From Cycas panzhihuaensis (taxonomy: Eukaryota > Plantae > Cycadophyta): a stretch of DNA of 64,000 nt. The stretch covers positions 91,271,741-91,335,740 of the forward strand of contig CM041465.1 in assembly GCA_023213395.1 (NCBI GenBank). Reading direction: 5' to 3'. The notes under the pieces are model-generated. The model searched no databases. It saw only the letters and a list, made by a program, of their open reading frames with translations, and was not told the origin of the DNA. Positions 27,510 to 39,256 of this stretch are shown one piece after another. Numbering within the stretch: the stretch's first letter is position 1; each line of letters opens with the position of its first letter. The position numbers were made by a program, and so were the translations under genes.

Positions 27510-30500
27510 TGTTAGAGAGAGGGTTAAAATATTTATAGATAGGAATCATATCAAAATAGAATATATGTGTTTGTAATGTTGAGCAATTATCATATATACT
27601 TCATTAAAAATAATATCATAGAACTACAAATTAAATCATCATAGGAACATAATGTTGATAGGTGAAAAAAAACCTTAATAGGGATGAAAAAACCACCTCC
27701 TAAAATAGATAGATATTATTAAAAAGAAAATACATTACAATAAGGATTTTGTAAGGATCTCATGGTCTCTCTTTGAGTGCCAGCCTGACCTATGTAAATC
27801 CTCCACCTCATTAGATAGACTTTGACCAACCTCTTAGAATCTACAAAGAGATATTTAAGAAAGATGAAGGTTCATTGAAATGAGTAGTTGTCTATTTCAA
27901 TGAACTATATAATTAGATAAAGTAAAGTAACATTTATAAAATAACCTCTATAAAGTTAACTTTATTAAAAGATAACTTTAATAAAAATGTAACACTATTC
28001 TAACATCCCCCTTTAATGTTATCTTTTGTACAATAAATGATATAGAAGATAGAAGGAAGAAGAAGAAGAAGAATTTAGCATGATGATCCCCCTTTGATAA
28101 ATACTTCTTCAATATTCAACAATTCTCGAAGTTTAATAAACTTTACTTTTGTCAATGACTTTGTAAGAATATTTATAAGCTACAAATATGTATGACAGTA
28201 AAATAGATTAATAGTATTATCATGAACAAGATTATGTATAAAATACTGATATAATTATATGTGTTTAATCCTAGAATATGTAATAGGATTAGTAGCAATA
28301 GATATCACACCTTGATTACCAATATTAATTTTAATAGAAGAGTTAGGGAATAAACCAATTTCACTTAATAAAGATTTAATCTAAAGTGCTTCTTTACTTT
28401 CTTCAACAAATGCTTGATATTTAGCTTTAATTGTAGATAAACCCAATGCTTGCATTTTCTTGTTGGACCATGTGATAGGTGAGGAATCAAGGAAGAAAAT
28501 GTAACCAATAATAAATTTTATATTATTAGAATCTCTTGCCTAATTAGAATCCATGTATCCTATTAATTTCAAGTTTGTAATACAAAAATTATACGTTAGA
28601 CCATTATAAATCATACCTAGAAGATATCGTAAGATTCATTTTGTTGCTTTCTAGTGTGATTCATGAGACTTTTGCATATATTTGGAACATAAAGCAATAG
28701 CATAAGATATGTCTAGGTGGGTATAGGTTAAGTAAACTAGACTATCTATCAATTAACGATATAAGGTAAGGTCACAAGGTGGGAAAGAACAATCATTTAT
28801 TAATTTTACACCTGATTGTAAGGGTGTAAGAGTTGACTTGCCATTATCCATATTAAAAATTTTTTATTAGTTTAATAATATATTTAGGTTAAGAAATAAT
28901 AATTTTTGAGTCTGATTGATAAATTTATAAACCTAGAAAGTAGTGTAATAAACCTAAGTCAATCATTTCAAACCTATTCATCAAAATTGATTTTAACTAG
29001 AGAATATGAGAAAGTAAAGAATCAATTATTAATATACCATCTACATAAAGAATAAAATTATAATATTATTATCTTATTTTTGAAAATAGAGATTGGGATC
29101 ACTTATACACTTAGTGTATCCATTTTTTAGAAGATAATCATTGATTTTATTATACCAAGCTCAAGGTATGTAGTGATTTTTTAAACTCACAGATAAGATT
29201 GAGATTACTTACAAAACTAGGCGGTTGTTTCATGTAGATTTCTTCTTTAAGGTCACCATTTAAAAAAGCACTTTTCACATCCATTTGATGAATTTGCCAA
29301 CTAAATTTTACAACTAAAGTTATTATGGTTTTAATGTTGTTCATCTTGGCAATAGCGGTAAAAGTTTCAGTATAGTTAATACTATCAATTTATGCAAAAC
29401 TTTTGGCTACTAAATAAGATTTATATTTTTTAACTGCTCCTAAATTATAATTAGTTTGGTAAACCTATTTACAGTCTACTAAGTTCTTATCAGGAGATAA
29501 AAGAACTAAATCCTAAGTTGAATTCTTTTTTAGAGTATAAATTTTAGCTTACATTGCTTATTGCCATGTTGGATTGATACTTTCTTATTTAAAGGTTTTA
29601 GGGTCATCACTGGCTATGACTTTGGCCATTAGGGTAAAATTTACTTGAAGCTTTTGGAAATGAGTTCTTATGGTATCCAAGGGATTACCAGCATCAGAAC
29701 TAGCATCAAATAGTGTTTTTTGAGCCCAAATAAGTTATTTGATATTGCTAGTACTTTGTTTAATAGAAATAGGATGACTAAATATGGATGATAGTGAGAT
29801 AGTTGGTTCATTTAAGGTCTAAATTTAGACTTGAGTGGATAAAGACTTAGTTGTTTCAGGGTCATCTTATTTTTTAGAGGGGTCAACTAAGTAAGTATTA
29901 GTTAACATATTTTTTACTAGTAATTCAACATAATAAGTGTTTAATGAAGAACCTTCTTCATTAAATACAACATCATGTAAGATCAAAATATTATGAAAGA
30001 TTAGATTTAGAAGCCGATAAGCTTTGCTTTCTTTACTAAAACCAACAAAGATATATTTGAAACTTTTAAAATTAAGTTTTTATTATTTTTCTTTAGAAAC
30101 ATACCCCCAAGTAATGCTTCCAAAGATTCTTAAATGTTTAACAGAAGTTTTATGACTAGACCATTTCTATTCTGGCATAATATTCTATAAAGATTTACTT
30201 GGTAAGTGGTTTAAGAGGTATTTGGAGAAAGAAATTACTTTTGCCCATAATTTTAAGTCAAGACCTTTTGCATGTAACATGCATTTAGTCATTTCAATAA
30301 GGGTACAAACTTTTATATTTAGAAACACCATTTTATTGAGGGATATAAGCTTCCAAATGTTAAAATAGTATTCCAGGCTTCTTATAGTATGAAGTAAACT
30401 TGTTGCTTAGGTACTCCTTAGCATTATCAGATCTAAAGATTTTAATTTTAGAGTTAGATTGATTTTTGACTAAAGTTTTAAATTTAACAAAGATGTCAGA

Positions 30501-33500
30501 TACTTGGCTCCTTATTTTTAGCATATATACTTAACATTTTTTGGACAAATCATTGATGAAAGTGATAAAATATTTATTTCCAGAGTACGAGGGTACTTAG
30601 AATGGACTGTAGATGTTAGAGTAAATAAGTTTAAGTTGAGATTTTGCTAAAAATAAAGTGTGATATGGAAATGGATCTATGTGTTATTTTCCTATAATAC
30701 ATACTTCACAAACATCATAGATAGTGTTTAGGAGGGGTAATCCATGAACTATATCATGCTTACTAAAGTACTAGAGTTTGCCATAACTTGTATGGCTAGA
30801 CTGGGCATGCCATAGCTTATTGATAGGGTCAGATTTTACTATAAAGTCACTAAAGGTTTTAGTTTTAGAATATTGAATATTTGTTAAGTTATAGAGACCT
30901 GTTTTATGATCTATAGGTCTTGAAGCAATTGATTTAAATTTAATTAATGGTTATTTGATGATAAGCTTATCTTTCTAGAATTTGACAACAAGGTCTTTAT
31001 AGCATATTTGATAAATTGAAATAAGATTTAGGAACAAACCATGAATGTAGAATACATCCTTGATTGAACCATCTTTCAAAGAAATATCACTTGTTCCTTT
31101 GAATTTTAATTGAGATCTACTTTTAAAGGAGATTTTCTCTTTAGAGTTAAGATCATACTGATAAGAAGTTAGGTATTCTTGGTGTCCTATTATATGATGG
31201 GAAGCACTAAAATTAAGAATCCACAAAGATGGTTGAGTGGATGGAGCTGAAAAAGGTGAAGTTGTGGTAGTTAAAGAGTTATTAGGTTTGTGGGATTAAG
31301 ATTAGATCCACTTGGAAGCTTTCCAAGCTTTTGAACTAATTCTACTCCTACAGACATCGATGGTGTGTCCTTTTTATGGTAGTAGGCACAACTGATAATC
31401 TGATTAGAGTTAGAAGTGTCAGTGTTCCATTTTTAGAATGACTATTTAGTGTTATTTTGGTTCTTTGATGATCCTGAATATTTAATATTTTGATTATGGT
31501 TATTTATAAAAGTAGAAGATAAACCTTTACGAGGTTTGTAAAATTTAGGGTTATTATTGTGATTACTTTAAGAGTTATTTTGTTTTATCTTGTTTATAGG
31601 TTTTGACTTAGAAAATAGAGCTTGTGAAGGATCTTATAGTTTTCTAGTTTGAATTAACATATTTTGGTAATCAATGAGCTAGTTTGTATTGATTGAAGGT
31701 GATTTCTGGGAAATCAGCCTTATATTTAATAGCTTTAAAAAGGTTTAAATGTTTAGGTAACTTATTAATGGCTAGATGGATGAGTGTTTCATCATCTTTA
31801 GCATAAGTGGTAATTTTAGTTTTATCACCTACTTTAGTTGAAGATTTTATATAGTTACCTAATTCCTTGTTAATGAGTTGAATTTTTCCTAACAAATCCT
31901 CAACTGTAGAAAAATTATTGAGGTTTAGGTCATACAACTATTGTTCTAGGAGAGCTAACTGATATTTATCAACCTTATCATATTTTTCCATGACGGTTTA
32001 CTAGATGTGTGTGAGTTCATTAGTTTTAGAGAACTGCCTATTGATGTTTAGTAAGAGGGAGTTTAGGATGATGCCTAAGGCTCTATCATAGTTCATCAGA
32101 TAGACCATATAGACTTCTGACTTTGTGTCATCAGGTTTTATAAACTCTCCTATTATATATTGCTAGATCTTTTGGTGTTTAGGAACTTGGGTTATTTTAA
32201 GTTTCTAGTTATTATAGTTTGAGTTGGTTATTACTAAAATTAAAGGACAGGAGGTTGTTCTTAATATGAGTGCCAATATGGATTGGAAACCTTCGATGTG
32301 AGATCCTCTTGATGGAAAAAAAAAAGGAAAAACATGATAAGGAAATAATGAAAATAAGTATGTATAAAGTGGTAATCACAATCTTTAGTATTAGATGAAA
32401 TTAATCATTGACTTATTTCAAGTGAATGTTGAAGTAGGAAATTTAGGGTATTATTAAATTTTGTAAATAATAAACCCATTAACTTTTAAACATAGATTGC
32501 CACTAATTAACAATTATGAAATTTAATTAAACATTAAGAAAATTGAATTAAATAAATGAGTAGTTTTATGATTCAAATTAATAACTGATAAAATAGTAAT
32601 TTTAATTAAGTATTAATAAAATACATGAAATACTTGGGAAAATTATATGGAAAATGATATAGTTAAGTAATATATTTGATAAATGAATTGATATTTATTA
32701 AATTGAATCATTAAAGTTGAGGTATTATAAAAAAATTTTGTAAAAGAAATCATGTACCTTAACTTACCTAGTTGTGATAGAAGACTTGACTTCAAATAAG
32801 ATTTGGTAGATCAAAATCGTGTTTCGTTGGACCGAGTGACTAGTTAGAGCATTTGTATCTAAATTAGGAATCTGATACTTCTTCTAGAATTGAATTTATA
32901 CTCTGTATGATAAAGTTATGGTAAAAAAACGTAGGTACCTTCTTTTGAAAAAAAATAAAAATAAACAATTTGAAATAGAGGCTAAGCCCCTTTTAAGTTT
33001 GGACTAAGGTCATGTGGAAGGCTAATGTAATCAAGGGCCTAGTAAGTAGGGGGCTGGTAGACCCAACCATAAATTTTAATTAAATTAAATTAAACTAAAC
33101 TTTAGAAAAAAATTAAAAAAGGAAAAAGAAATGGATGTGAAATAGTAATGATTTGGATTTAATTATTTTTGTGATTTCAAAAACATTTTACAAAAATATA
33201 TTTTATTTGGCATCCACCTAATTACTAGATAGACTTACCCTAATAATTAGGGTTTTGATCATTTTATAGGAGGAGGAGAGGTGGTGCTAGATATCTTTTT
33301 ATCTGTAGGTGCTTCATCTTCGTACTTCCTCTTCATCACGCTTCCTCTTCAATGATGTTTTATATCCTTGAAATTATACCCAAAACCTCCATACAAGTAA
33401 TAGAATCACTAGTAGATTGCCCATAAGAGCCCTTTTTTACTGGGGTTTCAGGTTCATTTAGTAGATCATCAAGCCAGGAAGGTTGCGCTTCTATGAGAAA

Positions 33501-34829
33501 ACTTTCCAAAGAAGTTCATTGATGTTGCCTATCATTATGATTCCTCTTCACGCCATCATGGTTGATCACTCAAATAGCATCTATGTTTATTTACAGGTCA
33601 ATGAAAAGGATTTATTCTTTGTTGCAGGCTTTAGTTTATCCTACATATCTCATTGTGTCCTCTATTGATTTACAGGTTTTCTACAACTTCATCTTCTAGT
33701 CTTTTCTATGTTATGGCTTTTAACATCTTTGTCTATTATGAGATGATGGTAGTTATGAGGGTTTTACAAAAAAGGAGACGTAGTTCCCTTCTCTAGATAG
33801 TTTGCGAAAAAAAAGGGATTATTTTAGTACTTTATGAGGTGGTTATATTTGGATAATTTGAAATGTTTGTCTATGTAATTAGAGCAAAAGTTCGTGGCTA
33901 CTGTAGGATTTTCATTTGATTGATTTTTTTTTTTCTTAATAGGATAAATAGATTCTATATGTAAGTTAGGGTTGAATAAAACTTAGGTAGCAGAGATTTA
34001 GTTTTCTTCCGCAGATGAAAAAATTGGAGAGATTTTGTAAATCCTCCCCATTTTGTATATGATTTAGTCTTATACAAACCCTATTATGTATCCAATTTTA
34101 TTTAAATAATAAAAAGAAATTTTAAATATTATTTTCTCTAATTTTAGAATATGTTTTCTTATTGTTATTTTTGTTTCAAAAAAAGAACTAAAATTAATAT
34201 ATATTTTTTGTGTAAAAAATTGGATAATAGAGTATAAGGAACAATATGTTAGCTGGTTCAAATTTTTATTTGAAAGAATAGAACCTGTGATATTCACCTA
34301 ATTAGAATCCCTACTCTGATACCATGTTAGAGTGGGTGTTAAAATATTCATACATAGGAATAATATCAAAATAAAATATATGTGTTTATAATGTTAAGTA
34401 ATTATCATATATATATCATTAAAAATAATATCATAGAATTACAAATTAAATCATCACATGAGCACAATGTTGACAGGTGGAAAAACCCCCTAGTGGGGAT
34501 GAAAAAAACACCTCCTAAAATAGATAAATATTATTAAAAGGAAAATACATTACAACAAGGATTTTGTGAGAATCTCACCCTATCTCTTTGAGTACCAACC
34601 TAACCTATGAATAACCTTCACCTCATTAGATAGACTTTGACCAACATGACCAACCTACTAGAATCTAGGAGGAGATATTTAAGCAAGATGAAGGTTCATT
34701 AAAATGATCAGTTGTCCATTTCAATGAACTATACAATGAGATAAAGTAAAATAACATTTATAAACTAACCTTTATAAAGATAACTTTATTAAAAGATAAC
34801 TTTAATAAAAAGGTAACATTATTCTAACA
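27510..34829 (-). mobile_element. Copia-3: full-length decayed Ty1/Copia with a ~2-kb 5' leader
   Basis: LTRs 27510-28005 and 34325-34829; PBS rc actctgatacca 34313-34324; PPT rc tccccctt 28006-28013; perfect taatc TSD. Confidence 0.94.
28105..32280 (-). pseudogene. Copia-3 gag-pol pseudogene
   Basis: ORF fragments: RT HQMDVKSAFLNGDLKEEIYMKQP (29150-29344), protease WILNFSASHH (30975-31226), gag (31671-31937); ends approximate. Confidence 0.85.
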
Positions 34830-35199
34830 TAATCAAATAATAACCAAAGTAGATTCAACAACTAAAATATTAACAAAGTGATACTAATTGAATAAACACA
34901 AATCCTAACTGTTAAATGACTTGAGTAAACAAATTAAGACATGAACTTGATCATGCCAAAAGGGCTAGTTATGGTGTATCTCTTGGGAAATTATAAAAAT
35001 GAACCCCATATTAGTGATTTCATATTAAATAAGAATCACATATGATGTAGTGAGTTGCATCAGGCCTTAATAAGCCTAACCACTAAGGTCAAGTGATCCT
35101 AATAATTCATGAGACTAGGTTATGTTTAATATAATAAAGTTGTTCTAAGTTTTATTATGGATTTGCTCCCTTAAGAGTTACTCATGTAAATCAATATCT

Positions 35200-37456
35200 T
35201 CTATGAGTTTATTCTTTTATTTCATGATATGATATATGTTATGTAAGAGATGCAAAGATTTGGTAGGAATTCACATGGCATCAGGGAAAGCTTAAATATG
35301 TATAAATTATCATAAGTTTGTTGAACCCCACATTATTTTAGAACATTTTATTCTTTATTGGTAAGTCTAGAAAATGGATCAAATGAAATCCCTAACTATT
35401 TTACTTTTTTTGTGACTATGTTCCAAGCTAGATTCCAACAAATTTCCATTGGTGTTTCCTTATCCCTAAAGACATACCTATTTTGTAATAACTAAATATA
35501 TTACAAATGGCTATTGCATTGTATATCCAAATCATTTTCATTACTAATTTCTTTTTGAATGAACCCAAAATTTTTTTATTTGAATATAGAGTAACATCTC
35601 TCATATCATTCACTGTATTACTAATTTGAAAGTTCACTCCCAACAATTCCATAAGAGAGTTCCAAATCTAAATTATGAACTAATAATGCACTAAATTATG
35701 TAGCATAGATTCTTCACTAGTTTTGTAAAATACACAAATGGAAGGTCCAATGATACCCTATTTTAATAGGCTTTTGTTGTTAGGACAAGTCTATGGGCTA
35801 ATAACCAACAAAAGTAATCAAGTTTAGGAATAAAAGTGTACTTTCATATCAGGTTTTACTATTGTTGGACTTGATAGCAACTACTATACTTCATCTTGTG
35901 AAGAATTTTACATCCCTCTCTAATCATGAATTCCCTTACTTTGGTTGCATGTCCCCAAATCAACATATCTCTTTTTTCTCTACCAAAAGTATACCCCAAG
36001 CATAAAATAGTTTATTGAACTCATTCAAGTCTAATTCATAATATTAATTCCTCTTCACTCCTTAATGATTGAGAGATAAAAGAAGAAGTAGGGTATTGAA
36101 TGGTGATTTTAAAAATCAAATTAAAGACCTTAATTAAATCCTTACATTTCACCCCTTTAACAATTTGAATGATCACTAGGTCTTTTCTAATCATTGGTAA
36201 CCTAAGTAGGGCATCCTCTCACACATTACAACATTTTATGTCTCTAATTTTTCTTGAAAGGTGATCACAAATTAAGGACATACTTACAAGTAGATTGTTC
36301 TAATTGGACAAGGATTTATTATGAGATTTTTCCATAAACATAGTAAGGTTTTTTGCCACCCTTCAAATTATTTCTATTGAATAATGGATTCTTATAACCT
36401 TTCCTAGTAGGAGATAAATCTCCAAGCTAATTTTGCTCCAAACACAATGGGTAATAATGGTAAATTCCTTATATTTAATCCCTTGATTACCTTTGGTAGA
36501 AAACCTTTTTCCATTTGACCAAATGGAGCCCATTCTTATTTATTTATTTGGCTCATTTTTATAAGAATGATCAAATAGTTTTCTCTAGCTTTTGTAGCAT
36601 TCCTATGAGACTATCTATGATAGCCATGAGGAATAAAAGAACATTCGTAAGCATTGGCTAATCTAGGCCATCTGTCTCTACCAAAGAAAGGCATTTTGAT
36701 AACTAACATCTTAACTTTATGGTGATCTTCTCAATAACTATGGCCTAATTATTATTTGCATGCCTCTTGCCTCCTATAGGAGCACTTAAATAGATCCAAA
36801 ATCTTTTGTTGTTCTCTAGTTTATGTGCTATTACCTTAGAGATCTTGATAGTCATTCTATGAGTAGCATTAAAAATAAAAATAATGGAAGCACCATTAAT
36901 AAAACATCATTCTAAAATTCCTTTAAACTATTTAGCCTCTAGGATTGTAGTAAACCCCATTAATATTATGTCATCTTCAAATTGGGTATGCGTGATGGGC
37001 TCCATCATCGATATAACATAAAGACCATTAATTCTACCCTATGGTTTGGTAGCATTTAAATTCCAAGCCAAGGCTTTATCTAATAGCATAAATAAGTATG
37101 GTGATCAGGGTTAACCCTATCTTAAACCCTAGATTATAGTGAAGAACTTAGTAAGGCCCATTTAACAACATAAGAGACTAATAAGAGCACATACACCTAG
37201 AAGCCTAATTAACAATCATTAGGGAAAACCCTATTTTTTGTAGTGACTAGAATAAAAATTCATTGTTTACCCTAGTATGAATTTGTCCTTAGATATTATA
37301 GAGGATTAAATGGACTTTTAGGCCAAAATTACCTTATTTAGAATTAATATTCCTCTAACACACCCCTTACTCTTCCCTAATTATTGTTAGAATTTTTTTT
37401 TAATAATTTAAAAGTAAGGATTTTAGAAATTACCTTATAAGAGAAGTTACATAATA
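35200..37456 (-). pseudogene. Decayed L1-type LINE ORF2 fragment (RT and C-terminal region)
   Basis: LCNFSYKVISKIL (~37415-37455), GLR*G*P*SPYLF (~37091-37130, equivalent to GLRQGDPLSPYLF), ITHTQFEDD (~36968-36997); left end approximate. Confidence 0.8.
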
Positions 37457-37495
37457 TGTGAGAATTCATACATGCTTAGGTTTGCCCTAGTACCA

Positions 37496-38265
37496 TGTAA
37501 ATTCTTTCTAAATCTTTACATCATTTACATAGCATAAATATCATATAATTAGAAGAACAAACATATAAAATATAGGTTTAATATGGGAAACCCTTTCAAA
37601 AATAAAGCCCATATACAAAAAGTTTAGTGATTGATTAGAAATACCAACTATTACATTATAAATCACCAAGTGAGTGAAACCTAGATGATTGGATATATCT
37701 CACCATGATTTGATATAACCTTACCACAAATCCCATTTTATATAATCTAGAGGGTATGTTTAGCGAAGAGTTATGACTCTTCATTGTGTCCCATGACTCT
37801 ATATATCTTGATTCTTTATGTCCCTTCGAATCTCGATACTTGTCCCTCTTCATATCTTGATTCTTCATGCCCCTTTAGATCTTAATACTTGTGCCTCTTT
37901 ATATCTTGTCTCTTCATATCCCTTCAAATCTAGATAATTTCACTTCTTCATATCTCGATTCTTCTCATGACCATAACTTATACCACATGTTAATCTTTTA
38001 CTGTACTCACTAACATTCCCCTTATGCAAATATGGGATTTAGGATTCAACATACAGTTACAGATCAATATTATGTCACAATCTAATAACCTTCTATGTGA
38101 GTAATAGTTGACCTTACATATGCATCTCCTCTTAAGGGAAAACCTCATGCTAGCCTAATTTAATATAAATTCTTTTGAAATGATCTTTAGTAAATGACTT
38201 TGTGAATATATCCACTAATTGTTCATCACTTGGGCTATATTCCATATTCAACTTCCTTACTTTGA
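37496..38265 (-). mobile_element. Copia 3' fragment: LTR (37496-38015), PPT and RNase H tail
   Basis: TGTAA...TAACA followed by ttcccctta; YSPSDEQLVDIFTKS at ~38195-38240. Confidence 0.7.
37800..37965. repeat. 49-bp tandem repeat (about 3.3 copies) inside the LTR
   Basis: tatct(t/c)g recurs at 37804, 37853, 37902 and 37951. Confidence 0.85.
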
Positions 38266-39256
38266 CCATGAATTTGTATTCCAAATTCAACTCTTTTACT
38301 TTATAATTATGATTTTAATGACCTAAATAGTTTTTGATAAAGTTTGCTCATGAATTTTATATTCTTATTACTTATTATTGATCTTTGAAATCTAAAATTT
38401 GCAGACATTTCCTTGAATAATATTTGAGTTATTTGATTTTATTTGTGTGTCATTTTGTAAGGTACAAATCTTATCACGTTGGTAAGTTTACCGATGGTTA
38501 CTAAGATTTGTTCATTTTATTTTTGTGTTCTTAGTAAATTTGTGATAAAATCCATTGAAATACTATGTCATTTTCCTTTTAGAATTGAGAGTGACACTAA
38601 CAGCCTTGTTAGGTTGTCTCTTTTCAACTTGGTTACCTAGCATAGCTTATAAATTACTATGTAATTTACTACCTCTTGATTAGTGTTTTTCCATTAGATA
38701 TATTATTTAATTACCTCTTTTATCTTATCAATATAAATATGGATTACAAGAGGAGCATCATATAACTCATAAAGAATTTTGTGCTTGAATTTTATTACAT
38801 TTGATACTATAATTATTTTCCCTTTCCAAAATTTATAGTCTTTAAGTTAAAAATATTTAAAAATTATTTTTCCTTTTGTTAAGATTATATGACCTTATTA
38901 CACCATAGGTCATCATGTTATTCTTGCTAAATAGTCTTTCTTAAAATACTTATTATAACAAGATTGTTCAAGACTTGTAGGATCTTTAGAGGTCATTAAT
39001 AACTATTATTTATTTTCCTAATTAATATACTATCCTTGATGTTAAAAATAATATTGTCCATCTAAATTGTTGTGTCGATAACTCACCCTTGAGAGGAAAA
39101 TTTAGAAGGGGATTATGATCTATAACAATTTCAAAGCTATTGGCATTTAGGCAATACTTCTTTTTATTTAAAACATGAACTATTGACAACTTTTCTTGAT
39201 TGGATGTTGGGTATCATTATTTTGTTAGGTTCATATTATGACTTTCATATATATAC

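Larger units (their letters stand above)
666..35000 (-). mobile_element. Gypsy-1: old non-chromoviral Ty3/Gypsy (Tat/Athila-like) element hosting five nested insertions; its own LTRs were not located and the right end is approximate
   Basis: Decayed domains run collinearly across the insertions: gag (WFYCLQP, ~18300-18800), protease (CVIINEGSLVN, ~16700-16735), RT (MSLMDSFLGY ~14670-14700; HLDDM ~14490-14505), RNase H (~13720-14100), integrase (PYQPQAN..VEAFNK, ~7555-7605) and C-terminal GPY/F-like end (~1637-1868). Confidence 0.8.

Noticed and set aside
37800-37965. CRISPR-like array
   Set aside because: Contiguous degenerate 49-bp units with no unique spacers, inside a plant LTR
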